IMG/VR virus record: IMGVR_UViG_3300031857_000156
Span: 79 to 64,078 of that record
Source of the DNA: a virus
Lineage: Duplodnaviria > Caudoviricetes
DNA: 64,000 nt
Direction: 5' to 3' (one strand)
Shown: positions 10,233-22,720 of the stretch, piece after piece
How positions within the stretch are numbered: the first letter of the stretch is position 1
Layout: each line of letters opens with the position of its first letter
The notes under the pieces: model-generated
What the model saw: the letters and a program-made list of their open reading frames with translations, nothing else
What the model was told of the DNA's origin: nothing
The model's database searches: none
Position numbers and translations under genes: made by a program

Positions 10233-10690
10233 TACCAGACCTTTGTTATTTTTAGGATTGCGTAAATAATTAGAGCGCTTAGGCCGAGAATAAGCCACTC
10301 GTTTCTTGTGGCCCGCCTGTCTGAGTCGTACTCTTTTTGCAGCTCTTTTCTATCTTTTCTTATTCGATCTTCTAGCGCTTGGACTTCTTGGATGGCGCGC
10401 TTTCCAAACTCTTTTTCTATCTGCTTAAAGGCCTGCTCTTTTTGTCGCCTGATGTCAAAAAGGATTCGGTACTCGTTAATTGCGTCGATGTACATCATGT
10501 CGCCGCGTCGTTGTACCTCTTGCTGTCGGCGGCGCCAGGCGACGCGAGCGCGTGCTTCTTCATCAAGGAAGGTGTTAACCTCCTTGGCGGTCTCCTTTAT
10601 CTCTCGGCCGGCGGCTATTGCCTCCTTGATCCCACCCAAGGCCGATTTGACAACCTGCGACGGATCGCCGGGGTCCGGTAGTTGTGGCAA
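10232..10690 (-). CDS. Coiled-coil protein with C-terminal membrane anchor
   Basis: 152 aa, charged helical body and hydrophobic tail. Confidence 0.65.
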   Translation of the reverse strand: MPQLPDPGDPSQVVKSALGGIKEAIAAGREIKETAKEVNTFLDEEARARVAWRRRQQEVQRRGDMMYIDAINEYRILFDIRRQKEQAFKQIEKEFGKRAIQEVQALEDRIRKDRKELQKEYDSDRRATRNEWLILGLSALIIYAILKITKVW

Positions 10691-10711
10691 GGTGAAGCTC
10701 CATTGTTGTTA

Positions 10712-10933
10712 TTATTTGTCTACTTTGTCATCCAGGCGGTCAAAGATCCTGGTGAGCATGGCCTTAATCTCGTCTATGTCACGCTTGTAGTCGTCCTTTG
10801 TGACGTACAGGAGAGGCATCTCGGCAATCCGGTCCTCGATGCGGATGATGGATTTGGAGAGGCTGTTGACCACCCAGCCGCCAAAGAATCCCGCCAGGCC
10901 CACCGCGATGTTGATAATTGATTGGGTTTCCAT
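10712..10933 (-). CDS. Small membrane protein (holin-like)
   Basis: N-terminal TM helix plus YVTKDDY coiled coil, a common phage lysis-region architecture. Confidence 0.65.
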   Translation of the reverse strand: METQSIINIAVGLAGFFGGWVVNSLSKSIIRIEDRIAEMPLLYVTKDDYKRDIDEIKAMLTRIFDRLDDKVDK

Positions 10934-10955
10934 TATGGTTTCGAGTACTTAGCCT

Positions 10956-11072
10956 TTACTGCCAGACATGCGTCAATATACTCCCACCCTTTTTAAATAC
11001 GCCCTTGCCTTTGAGGACATCGGCTTGAGTTACCTTGCCGTCGCCGGTCAGATCGGGGAAGTCTTTAGCCAT
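10956..11072 (-). CDS. 38-aa peptide with an EF-hand/dockerin-like loop and FKKGG
   Basis: MAKDFPDLTGDGKVTQADVLKGKGVFKKGGSILTHVWQ, preceded by AGGAG. Confidence 0.6.
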   Translation of the reverse strand: MAKDFPDLTGDGKVTQADVLKGKGVFKKGGSILTHVWQ

Positions 11073-11081
11073 GATTTACTC

Positions 11082-11327
11082 CTATGGTTTCGGGTACTTG
11101 GCTTTAACGGCCAAGCAAGCATCTATGTACGCCTGAACCTGTGCCTGATCGCCCTTAACAATGCCATCAAGGTAATCTTTGAAGTTGGGGTATTCGGCAG
11201 CGCGCTGGGCTTTATATCCGTTAGCGGCCTGCTCTGCGGCCCATGCAGCCTCTTCAGCGTCTCGGACGGCTTCTTCTTCTGGTGTAAATGGAATTTTTAC
11301 ACCGTCAACCATGTGATGTCGTGCCAT
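11082..11327 (-). CDS. Tail-fibre chaperone-like protein
   Basis: 81 aa with QRAAEYP...VKAKYPKP motif, directly after a fibre gene. Confidence 0.7.
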   Translation of the reverse strand: MARHHMVDGVKIPFTPEEEAVRDAEEAAWAAEQAANGYKAQRAAEYPNFKDYLDGIVKGDQAQVQAYIDACLAVKAKYPKP

Positions 11328-11337
11328 GATTTATTCC

Positions 11338-12225
11338 TTAACTGTTTGCTACGCCGTAAAGACGAAATGTGCCAGATGTAATGTTTCCTGAACTCATCAA
11401 AAACCTAACTGCATCTACATCTGCTGCGGATAATCTTCTACCCAAACCTTGATCAACTACGAAAATTTGACCAGAATCATCTACACCATTTCCGCTGTAA
11501 CCCACTGAAAAATAAGTTGCATCCGATGGTTTCCACAAATAAATCCAACCATTAAACCCTAATTCATTTGATGCGTTTCCAAGTGAATAAGAAATTCTTA
11601 TGAACGAATCTGTTGAGCCTGTGTTTCCAGAAGCATAACTACCACTTGATAAAATTCCAATACTTTGAATATAGTCATAATCTGATGCACCTGCATCATA
11701 AGATGATCCATTATTAGTTGATGTTCTCATACGCAAAACTGCACCATCAGTAGCAGGCAATGCTTTTACTATTTGAATAGCATAAACATCGTAAGTTGAA
11801 CTAATTCCAGTAAAGTTAATCGTTGCGCTATTTGATGCAGTTTGTGTTGAAATATAAACAAGCGCACCCGATGCTGGCGTAGCAAAACTTAGCGTCCCAG
11901 AGCCGTTAGTCTGAAGCACCTGACCGCTTGTGCCGTCTACGCTAGGCAAGGTGAAGGTGACATTTGACGCAATACTATTTGCCGCTTTCAGCGCGACGTA
12001 GTTGCTGCCGTTGTCTGTGTCCTCTGGCAGGCGAAGTTCTGCGCCTGCGGTAGAGTTGCCTGTTACCGTGAGCGGGGAGGCGATGCCTCCGGAAATACTC
12101 ACGCCGCTCGAGGAGACGGTCAGTTTGGTAGATCCGTCAGCCTGCAGTTCTAACTGGCCGGAGGCGTCCCCGGTCGAGATCAGGCCACCAGATCCGGTAG
12201 ACGTTGCGTTAATAGTTGATGCCAT
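11338..12225 (-). CDS. Tail fibre/receptor-binding protein
   Basis: LPSVDGTSGQVLQTNGSGTLSF fibre motif; C-terminal GNITSGTFRLYGV. Confidence 0.75.
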   Translation of the reverse strand: MASTINATSTGSGGLISTGDASGQLELQADGSTKLTVSSSGVSISGGIASPLTVTGNSTAGAELRLPEDTDNGSNYVALKAANSIASNVTFTLPSVDGTSGQVLQTNGSGTLSFATPASGALVYISTQTASNSATINFTGISSTYDVYAIQIVKALPATDGAVLRMRTSTNNGSSYDAGASDYDYIQSIGILSSGSYASGNTGSTDSFIRISYSLGNASNELGFNGWIYLWKPSDATYFSVGYSGNGVDDSGQIFVVDQGLGRRLSAADVDAVRFLMSSGNITSGTFRLYGVANS

Positions 12226-12258
12226 AATTTACTCCACTAAAATCCAATAAGTTGTTGG

Positions 12259-12624
12259 TTACAACGGTTTTGCAATACCAGAATTTATTAAATTTAACCC
12301 ATTTGGAATTTGATCTGGCATTAGTATTTCTGACTCTTTGCTTTCTGCGTTACGCAAAGCATGTACACAGTAAGCAACGGTATTGTCTTCAAGAGCTTCA
12401 ATAAAGTGCCTTTTTCCGGCTTGGGTTAAAAATATATGAGGGGCTTTAAAAATTGTTTCATTTCCATCAACATTTACCTTTACGGAACCATTAGCTAATA
12501 AAGTTAAATGATCAAAATTGTGAATATGACCTTCGTTTTTATCTCCGGTTTTTGCAAAATACATTTGCCGAATCCATAAGTTTGCTGCAACCGTCATTTT
12601 TGTGTCCGGATAAGCCATTACCAT
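12259..12624 (-). CDS. Cupin-fold protein
   Basis: GHIHNFDHLTLLANGSV...RHFIEALED cupin metal motifs. Confidence 0.8.
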   Translation of the reverse strand: MVMAYPDTKMTVAANLWIRQMYFAKTGDKNEGHIHNFDHLTLLANGSVKVNVDGNETIFKAPHIFLTQAGKRHFIEALEDNTVAYCVHALRNAESKESEILMPDQIPNGLNLINSGIAKPL

Positions 12625-12797
12625 TTACCTTTTGGACATTTTGCTACTTGAAATTGAATTTTTGTTTTTATTGGGCAACCACAAGCTCTACATTGCATGA
12701 CTTTAACAATTGGCATCAGTCTTAATTGATCACATTCCATACAAGTTTTTAACCTTGTTGCTTGTAAATCTTTAACACTAATAATTTGTAAATTCAT
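12618..12797 (-). CDS. Small Cys-rich protein (CxxC...CxxCGC...CPxGKW)
   Basis: 59 aa ORF read by eye: MNLQIISVK...TCMECDQ...QCRACGC...KCPKGKW. Confidence 0.75.
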   Translation of the reverse strand: MNLQIISVKDLQATRLKTCMECDQLRLMPIVKVMQCRACGCPIKTKIQFQVAKCPKGKW

Positions 12798-12800
12798 AAT

Positions 12801-13214
12801 TTATAAATTAGCAATTGGAATTTCTATTGGGTTATTTTGAATAATTCCAAATTCTACTAATACATCTCCAATTTGTTTTTTAAATTGAATTTGTTCCCAC
12901 ATTTCAGAATTTGCTATTACTTCTGGATCAAGTTCTTGAAGTAGTGATTCAGAATTTATTAAAGATTTTCTTGTTGTTGTGTATTCGGTTCCAACAAGAG
13001 GCGAAATGTATGACAGGTCGGCATCTGGAGAGATTTGTGCCGCAATAGCCTCTACGGGAGAAGCAAATTGCTTGATGATATTTTCTAATTCTATTTGGTC
13101 TTTTGGTAATGGGTTAGTTAATTTTATTTGCGCCCAAGACCCATCATCAAAAGTGACATCTACAATTTTTAATTGATCATCAAACTTTGTAATTATATAT
13201 TTCAATTCATTCAT
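12801..13214 (-). CDS. Hypothetical protein in the AT-rich fibre cassette
   Basis: 137 aa ORF coupled to the Gly-rich adhesin gene. Confidence 0.65.
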   Translation of the reverse strand: MNELKYIITKFDDQLKIVDVTFDDGSWAQIKLTNPLPKDQIELENIIKQFASPVEAIAAQISPDADLSYISPLVGTEYTTTRKSLINSESLLQELDPEVIANSEMWEQIQFKKQIGDVLVEFGIIQNNPIEIPIANL

Positions 13215-14140
13215 GCTAATCCTCCGGCTACTGTGCCATTATTGTTTAAAGTTACGCTATTAGATCCTTTAACTAAATATCTGCCAGCGGTTCCAAATGT
13301 AGATCCAGAAGATCCAGCTACTCCACTTCCAGCATTTCCGTTTGCTCCGGTTGACCCAGTTGCTCCGGCGGTTCCCGAATTTCCAAATGTCCCGCCATTT
13401 CCACCTGTTCCACCTGTTCCACCTGTTCCTGCGTTTGTTCCTCCAGCGGCTCCAGCAGACCCACTCAATCCGTTAGATTGAGATTGGCTGTATCCTTGTC
13501 CGGCTCCACCGTTGCCCGCAGCGCCGCCTGCTCCTCCGGATGTGGTAGTTAAGTTGTAGCACCAACCACTAGCGCAGGCGACACCACTTTTTTGTGGAAG
13601 GCAATGTCCTGTCTCGCAAAACGAAAATCCGCCGTTATTACAACCTGCATTGCAGGTTGGCCCATCTGCGCCCGGGTTTCCGTAAGTTTTAGTTTGGCCT
13701 TGTCCTCCGGTTCCACCTGCTCCGCCCTTACCGCCACCGCCACCCCCGCCGCGAATGTTTGCGCCAGAATTGTTGTTGATTACAACAGTTTGGTTTGCAT
13801 AATTAGCGTTAATTGCATCGCCGCCATTACCACCAACTCCACTTGTTCCAGCAGCCCCACCAAAACCATCAATGTTTCCGCTATTGTTAATAGTGATTGT
13901 TGATCCAGTTGGAAATTGACCAACTGTAAGGGCTGTGCTACTTCCAGTTCCACCAACTGTTACGCCAGAGTTGATGTTTAAAATTACATTTTTTGCTTCT
14001 GTTGGCGATCCAGCAGCCGTGAACAAATTGTAATTTGTTGTTGTCGCTGAAAGCGTCAATGTAATTGTTGGAAGCCCATAAGAACCTCCAACAAATGCAC
14101 TAATAATTCCTGTCACGAAACATTCCCCGTAATTACACAA
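13211..14140 (-). CDS. Gly-rich adhesin (T-even gp38-like receptor-recognising protein)
   Basis: INNSGNIDGFGGAAG and IRGGGGGGG polyglycine motifs with a Cys-rich loop; real start probably near 14116. Confidence 0.7.
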   Translation of the reverse strand: MCNYGECFVTGIISAFVGGSYGLPTITLTLSATTTNYNLFTAAGSPTEAKNVILNINSGVTVGGTGSSTALTVGQFPTGSTITINNSGNIDGFGGAAGTSGVGGNGGDAINANYANQTVVINNNSGANIRGGGGGGGKGGAGGTGGQGQTKTYGNPGADGPTCNAGCNNGGFSFCETGHCLPQKSGVACASGWCYNLTTTSGGAGGAAGNGGAGQGYSQSQSNGLSGSAGAAGGTNAGTGGTGGTGGNGGTFGNSGTAGATGSTGANGNAGSGVAGSSGSTFGTAGRYLVKGSNSVTLNNNGTVAGGLA

Positions 14141-14601
14141 ACCGTACCGCTGATAAACAAGATATTAGCCACACCGCGAGTTGCTAAAGTTACCGTTGCT
14201 TTGTCCGCATCTGTTCCACCAATATAAGCGGTTGTAATCGTGCAGGTGATCGTAATGTTGCCTGTAGTGTTGTTAAAAATAACAATTGCATCACCTTCAG
14301 AAAAGGTAGCGTCAGGAATCGTAATCGACCCGCCGGTTCCGACCTGAACATACTTACCCACGTCCCCGGTTGCCAGGGTGTAGGAGCCGGTCTGAGTACC
14401 CACTGCTGGGACATTCAGAAAACCCAGCGTCGAGGTCGTGGTCGGCATCGTGACGGTCACGTTAGACGCAACCGATGCAGGCGCGGTCAGCTCGATGTAG
14501 TTGGTGCCGTTGTCGGTGTCCTCAAACAGCCGAACCCGGCCCTGTGTTGTAGAGGTTCCCTCTACTGAGACTAAACCGTTGCCGTCAATAATTGTGGACA
14601 T
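14113..14601 (-). CDS. Tail-fibre adaptor protein
   Basis: Shares the LxEDTDNGxNY..L.A..S.ASNVT motif with 11338..12225. Confidence 0.65.
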   Translation of the reverse strand: MSTIIDGNGLVSVEGTSTTQGRVRLFEDTDNGTNYIELTAPASVASNVTVTMPTTTSTLGFLNVPAVGTQTGSYTLATGDVGKYVQVGTGGSITIPDATFSEGDAIVIFNNTTGNITITCTITTAYIGGTDADKATVTLATRGVANILFISGTVCVITGNVS

Positions 14602-14604
14602 AAT

Positions 14605-15054
14605 TTACTCCGGTTTCGTGGGCCACGTTACGTTGTGGGGAAAGCCTGCCTGCGCCGGTACATCACGCAGGGCTTGGCAATAATCTTTCCATGCCTGGCT
14701 GGGTGTCATGTCGCTACGGAAGCGCCAGTCGGTATCAGACAGTCTGCGGTTGCGATCTGACCGCACCGATCCGGCCACCTCGACGTCCTTCGCGGCCTTA
14801 CCCTCGTCATCCAGCGTCTGGACGACATACTTGGTGTGCCACTTATTCCCAATCTGCTCGACGCCCTGCCGAGCGACATACTCATACGGGCCGGAGGTTG
14901 AGGGTTGTGGGCCTTCAAAGACCGGATCGACACCGATGGCCTCCATGACCTCGTCGGTCAGCCGGTCAAAGGACGGGCCGTTGTTGTCTTTTAGGTACTG
15001 GCGAAGTTCTGATTCGTACATCACTGCGCCGGTTTGTCTGAGTCTGATTTGCAT
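14605..15054 (-). CDS. Tail-fibre assembly chaperone
   Basis: RNRRLSDTDW...YCQALRDVPAQAGFPHNVTWPTKP motif. Confidence 0.85.
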   Translation of the reverse strand: MQIRLRQTGAVMYESELRQYLKDNNGPSFDRLTDEVMEAIGVDPVFEGPQPSTSGPYEYVARQGVEQIGNKWHTKYVVQTLDDEGKAAKDVEVAGSVRSDRNRRLSDTDWRFRSDMTPSQAWKDYCQALRDVPAQAGFPHNVTWPTKPE

Positions 15055-15062
15055 GATTGTTC

Positions 15063-17060
15063 CTATGCTATTGCAAAAAACAAGAATGTTCCGCCATTTG
15101 CATTTAATGCCGCCGGGGCCGCTGCGGTGACTTGGAACCCGACCGATGTTGTGTCTACATAGTTAGTATTAGTAACTTCAGCCGCAGTGGAATTCAAGAA
15201 CAGGTATGGATCGTTACCTGACGATATGCCTCTGGCTGAGTCGTACACATACCAGTCACCAGTTGAGTCGGTGCGCTTGATAAGCACAAATCTAGCCCCA
15301 CCGGTAAATCCGCAATTTACGGTTTGCAGTGCGCCGGTTCCTGTGTATGAACCTACTTTGCTGACGCCGGATACAGAGGCAAATAGGTATGCAACGTAAG
15401 TATATCCAGAGTTGTTTTGCGCTCCGGTTACAGATGAGTAGCCAGTTGTATTCCCAACATCAAATGTTGTTGAAGTTGCTGCACTTGGCAGACTACTACC
15501 ATTTAATTTTCCAGAGGTGCTATTTAATCTAATGTAAATATCTAATGAGGGTAAAAATACAGCCCAGTTATCTGCATTATTACGGCTCTTAAAAATTAAC
15601 ATTTCCGGTGTAGCGCCAAGATTATGGCTTACATTGTTTGTATTAGCACCATCTCCTGTATAGCAAACCTCATCAAAGAATCCGGGGGCGCGGCGGAATT
15701 GCCAATTGATATAACTATCTCCATTGCCGTTTACAGTACCAGCATCACCAAAAGATTCGCCTGTTTGATTAAATGAAGTAAGCGTTGTTGCGCCAGTTAA
15801 TTCTGCATCGGTCCCAGATGTAATTAAATACTTTGTAGCGCCCCTTAATTTGTCAAATACAACAGATTTGTCATTAAGGTTAGACGGACGATTGCGAGTG
15901 ATCACCAGATCAGGAGGAAACGCCAACCCAGAAATAGAGGCGGTTGCTCCTGTGCCTGTTCTTACAGTTCCTTCGTAAACACTCGTCCCACTCGTAGGAG
16001 TCTTCATCGGCCCACGGCGAATGGCGATGTAGATGTAGGTTGCTCCATTTATATTTGAATACCCGCCAAGCGGGTTAAAACCAGTAGCACTTAATTGACA
16101 AATACCATCAAGGTTTTCTGTCGCACTTGAGTTTGCTTCAAGAACAGCATCATTAGATGCAGCAGAATTTGATGTAACAATCCCGCGCATATTGTCAACC
16201 ATTACCCAAGCACCGTTAGTGGATGAATCACTTCTTTTAATTAATAACCACTGAGGTTCATAGCCGAGAGAAACAAATTTAGAACCGTCAGATGTTCCAT
16301 CGCCCGTGTAACTACCACAACTAACTACATTATCTGATCCAGTTAAGCCAAAGCCACCTGCGTCATGGGCGAATAGGTAGGCTACGTAGGTTGCCCCATT
16401 TATATTCATCGTCGCATTTTGGTTAGTAGCCAGCGTAAAGTTAGTGCTACTAACTGCGCTGATCATCGGGTTTGCCCCGCTATCAGCAGCATCCGTATAG
16501 TTTAGATAGATATTTTTATTGGCAATACTACGATGCCAGCACCACCAATCACCTGTACTGTCGGTGCGCTTGATAATGATAAAGCCGGGGCTGGAGTCAA
16601 GATTGTGGCTGATATTGCGAGGAGCAGAGCCATTACCAGTATAAGTAACTATGTCATAAAACTTTGGCTGCTCGCGGAATGTCCAAGAGACATAGTTTGT
16701 TCCACTTTTATTAACCGCCTCAGTAACAGTATCCGCACCTAGAGTAAATCCGCTTGTTGTAAATCCAGTAAGCGCAGTAGTTCTTGCAAATTGCTGTTGA
16801 GTTAAATTGGTACATATATCAAATGTTGCACCGCGAACGGTGTCATAAACTGATTTATTTGTTCCAACATTTCTTCCACCAAACCACACCATCCCACCTT
16901 TAGTGGACAAATCAATGTTGTTGGTAATGGTTTGTGTCGAACTATTGCCTGTATAAAGGTATGTGCTAAACACATCCTCGATGTATACCGGTGCTGCGGA
17001 CTGGGCAAACTCCCCAAATCCCTGCGCTGATGCTGCTCCTCTTGTGGCGATCAACGGCAT
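15063..17060 (-). CDS. Large tail fibre/receptor-binding protein with repeated YTGxG domains
   Basis: 665 aa, about six repeats of YTG[ND]G...IKRTDS.GDW...YVAYLFA. Confidence 0.8.
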   Translation of the reverse strand: MPLIATRGAASAQGFGEFAQSAAPVYIEDVFSTYLYTGNSSTQTITNNIDLSTKGGMVWFGGRNVGTNKSVYDTVRGATFDICTNLTQQQFARTTALTGFTTSGFTLGADTVTEAVNKSGTNYVSWTFREQPKFYDIVTYTGNGSAPRNISHNLDSSPGFIIIKRTDSTGDWWCWHRSIANKNIYLNYTDAADSGANPMISAVSSTNFTLATNQNATMNINGATYVAYLFAHDAGGFGLTGSDNVVSCGSYTGDGTSDGSKFVSLGYEPQWLLIKRSDSSTNGAWVMVDNMRGIVTSNSAASNDAVLEANSSATENLDGICQLSATGFNPLGGYSNINGATYIYIAIRRGPMKTPTSGTSVYEGTVRTGTGATASISGLAFPPDLVITRNRPSNLNDKSVVFDKLRGATKYLITSGTDAELTGATTLTSFNQTGESFGDAGTVNGNGDSYINWQFRRAPGFFDEVCYTGDGANTNNVSHNLGATPEMLIFKSRNNADNWAVFLPSLDIYIRLNSTSGKLNGSSLPSAATSTTFDVGNTTGYSSVTGAQNNSGYTYVAYLFASVSGVSKVGSYTGTGALQTVNCGFTGGARFVLIKRTDSTGDWYVYDSARGISSGNDPYLFLNSTAAEVTNTNYVDTTSVGFQVTAAAPAALNANGGTFLFFAIA

Positions 17061-17069
17061 CGTTATTCC

Positions 17070-17660
17070 TTAGGCAAACTTAGTCTGAGCGGCAAAGACC
17101 GTAAATGCGGCGTTGCCCGTTTTGATCAATGTATACGTGTAAGCGTCAATGCTGCTGGCGTTACCAGCCGACCACGCCGTCCCACCCTGATACTTGGGCG
17201 TAACACTCGATCCATCGACCTGCACCACATTGTTGTAGTAAGCCGTTGCACCCTGGGTCACAAAGAAGGCCACGGTCAGAGACTCGCCGGTTGCCATCAG
17301 GGTATTCAGGCTAGTGCCGCTTGATCCACGGAAGTTAACCGTCCAGTTGGCCGAGGCGTTTGATGTGTAATACAGCACCGCCTGGGTTGTTACATCGTAG
17401 TTGATCGTGCCGGTGGCTGCCGTAGCCGAGATTGTGGCGGTCTCCAAGACATCGGCAATCTTTGCTCCAGCTACGCTACTTGACCCAGTTAACGTAGCTT
17501 TACCAGAAATTGTTGCACTTCCAGCAAAAGTTGCCGATTGGTCTGTGCCTAATGTTAGTGCTGTAGTCGTTCCGTTGGTCTGTAGAACTAGCTGGCCAGT
17601 TGTATCGCCAGAGCTAACCAGCGCGGTGCCGGAGGTGAGTCCTGCTGCAATCGTACTCAT
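17070..17660 (-). CDS. Tail-fibre adaptor protein
   Basis: N-terminus similar to that of 11338..12225 (SxGDxxGQLxLQxxG). Confidence 0.65.
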   Translation of the reverse strand: MSTIAAGLTSGTALVSSGDTTGQLVLQTNGTTTALTLGTDQSATFAGSATISGKATLTGSSSVAGAKIADVLETATISATAATGTINYDVTTQAVLYYTSNASANWTVNFRGSSGTSLNTLMATGESLTVAFFVTQGATAYYNNVVQVDGSSVTPKYQGGTAWSAGNASSIDAYTYTLIKTGNAAFTVFAAQTKFA

Positions 17661-17670
17661 TCGTTACTCC

Positions 17671-17994
17671 TTAAATTACTACCCAGCGCTGGCCGCTGGA
17701 GACTGTTATCGTGATGCCCGAGCCGACCGTGATGGGCCCAACAGAAAATCCGTTTGTGCCGGCAGGAAATGTGTAGCTCTCTGTTGCCGTCGTTGTGTTT
17801 ACCACAATCGCGCCGCCGGCCTTGTTGCCACTTCCGCCAATTGCCACAACAGTACCGCTGCCGTTTTTTGTGTAAAGTAGTTTATCCGTGACGTTAACTG
17901 CAAGCTCACCCACCAGCAAATTTGCCGCAGACGGTTGCGCTCCAGTTGTCGTGGAGTGATAGGTTTGTATCGGGGTGTAGCCTGCTTGTGCCAT
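17671..17994 (-). CDS. Fibre anchoring protein (Mtd N-terminal-like domain)
   Basis: PSAANLLVGELAVNVTDKLLYTK motif. Confidence 0.6.
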   Translation of the reverse strand: MAQAGYTPIQTYHSTTTGAQPSAANLLVGELAVNVTDKLLYTKNGSGTVVAIGGSGNKAGGAIVVNTTTATESYTFPAGTNGFSVGPITVGSGITITVSSGQRWVVI

Positions 17995-17999
17995 GGTTG

Positions 18000-19046
18000 T
18001 TATGCCTCGTAAAACTTAAGGTTTGTTTTTAATCTTTCTATCTCGGGCGCCATAGCAACTGCTATTCGCCCGTGTTTAATTGCCTCATCTTTTAATTGCA
18101 AATTGTGAGCACTTAATGCCAACAAATCATGCGGTAAATACCCCCACGCTGCCGCGTTGTACGTGTGCTGCGCAAGGTTTTGGGTTATGCTAAGTGCGGT
18201 TTTGACTGCTCCGTAGCATTCTGGCCACAAATCTTTTTTATAGCACCCGTAGGCCAGCTCGTACCAATTTTCTCTGAGCGATGGTTCTTCCGCGCACGCT
18301 ATTCTCAACCACCGCATTCCATCTTGATGCAAATTCTCTAATGACCCGCCAATCATTCTCATGGCGTGGCTTCTTTCAAGAGGCCAAATAGCGCCTTTGA
18401 GTGTCAGATAGCGCTGCAACTCTGACGTAGCCTCTTCCCACATCGCTCTGTAAGTGTACTCACGGCCTAGATAGTACGACATGCGAGAACAGTTGGGGTC
18501 TTCTTGCACGCCGACCTTTAACATCTCTAAATACTGCCCACGAGACTTTGTTGGGTCGGGGTGATGTGACATAAGCACATCGTTTGTCTGCGCGTAAATG
18601 TCTTTGTGTCTTGAGTCTGGAGTAATGTACTCGTGGCACATATACTTCCAGTAATACCCAGACCGAGCATGAATCCTAGACGGATAGAATATTAATCCGT
18701 TGCCAGAATCAAACCCAAAACCCATCCTGGTGTGGCCGTCATTAAATATTTTCTCGACGTAATCTCGCCAGCCTGGTTTTAACACCTCATCCAAATCCAT
18801 CGACACGCACACGTCGACGTCTTTGGGCACTAAAGACAACGCGACATTTCTTGCCGCATCAAAGCGCCAGGGAGACACAAATATCTCGTAAACCTGAGCG
18901 CCGCACTCTTTTGCTACTTCAACGGTCCTATCTTCCGAACCGGTGTCCGCTATTAATATAAGATCTGCATCTTTGGCGGAATCACAAAATCTTTTTACGT
19001 GCTGTTCTTCGTTTTTACTAATTGCATATACAGCAATTTTCATCAA
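18000..19046 (-). CDS. GT2 glycosyltransferase with TPR repeats
   Basis: ISKNEE, DTGSED, FDAARN and DLDE motifs; helical TPR-like C-terminus. Confidence 0.88.
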   Translation of the reverse strand: MMKIAVYAISKNEEQHVKRFCDSAKDADLILIADTGSEDRTVEVAKECGAQVYEIFVSPWRFDAARNVALSLVPKDVDVCVSMDLDEVLKPGWRDYVEKIFNDGHTRMGFGFDSGNGLIFYPSRIHARSGYYWKYMCHEYITPDSRHKDIYAQTNDVLMSHHPDPTKSRGQYLEMLKVGVQEDPNCSRMSYYLGREYTYRAMWEEATSELQRYLTLKGAIWPLERSHAMRMIGGSLENLHQDGMRWLRIACAEEPSLRENWYELAYGCYKKDLWPECYGAVKTALSITQNLAQHTYNAAAWGYLPHDLLALSAHNLQLKDEAIKHGRIAVAMAPEIERLKTNLKFYEA

Positions 19047-19057
19047 ACGCCTCTCTG

Positions 19058-21452
<2,395 letters not shown>

Positions 21453-21453
21453 T

Positions 21454-21966
<513 letters not shown>

Positions 21967-21967
21967 G

Positions 21968-22270
21968 TTACTTTATGCCAGCTTGAATTACAGTCAGCGC
22001 ATCGCCAGACACACCAGCAGTAACCCGAATGGCAGTAAATGGTTGGCCCAAAAAGTCAGGGCCGTTAGGAGCAGCTGTGGGGGCAGTGACCCATGAAAAA
22101 GTCGGAGCAACAAAATTCCCGTTTACAACAGGGAACGGGTCCGTCATGGATACTTGGACAATCCCCGTCCCTGTTGCTGTATAAGACACCATAAACGGCG
22201 CGATGTACTTATCCAGAACTACAGGTTCTGTTGCGCCGCTCACCCCTGCTAATACAGTTGTTTGGCGCAT
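21968..22270 (-). CDS. Hypothetical head-module protein
   Basis: 100 aa, AAGGA RBS. Confidence 0.65.
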   Translation of the reverse strand: MRQTTVLAGVSGATEPVVLDKYIAPFMVSYTATGTGIVQVSMTDPFPVVNGNFVAPTFSWVTAPTAAPNGPDFLGQPFTAIRVTAGVSGDALTVIQAGIK

Positions 22271-22282
22271 TTTAGATCCTTA

Positions 22283-22705
22283 TTAGAGCGGAGTTGCGAG
22301 GGTGTTGACAACAGCAACCCAAGGAGCAGCCTGGTTGCCGTTTCCTTTCCATTGCACTACGGAGCTTGGGGGCACTTCGACGCCGGTTACCGAGCCGTTA
22401 ATTGGCTGGCTGCCGTAGCCTTTGAGTGTGCCAGTAACAGCACCTTCGTTAAACACTGCGCCTTGTGCGCCGTCATAACGGGGGTCTGCGGGTTGGGAGG
22501 TTGTCGTAAATGTGCCGCTTTGAACTTGCGGCAGAGTCATCGTTACGGCTGCTGTGGGGCCGCCGTTAGCAGCAGACAGTAGAACGTAACTTCCAGTTGC
22601 ATCGAGATTGGCAGCAGTAACGCCAGCGCCAATGATGTAGGCGGTCGATGCGCCCATGAAGCCGCCAATAGACCGGACTGGGCCGGAGAACGTGGTCATA
22701 GCCAT
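22283..22705 (-). CDS. Putative capsid decoration protein
   Basis: MAMTTFSGPVRS N-terminus, directly downstream of the major capsid gene, with its own promoter. Confidence 0.6.
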   Translation of the reverse strand: MAMTTFSGPVRSIGGFMGASTAYIIGAGVTAANLDATGSYVLLSAANGGPTAAVTMTLPQVQSGTFTTTSQPADPRYDGAQGAVFNEGAVTGTLKGYGSQPINGSVTGVEVPPSSVVQWKGNGNQAAPWVAVVNTLATPL

Positions 22706-22720
22706 TATATTTTTCCTTAT

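Noticed and set aside
15063-17994. Diversity-generating retroelement suggested by the Mtd-like anchor domain
   Set aside because: No reverse transcriptase and no TR/VR pair with adenine-specific differences seen; fibre repeats are ordinary internal duplications.
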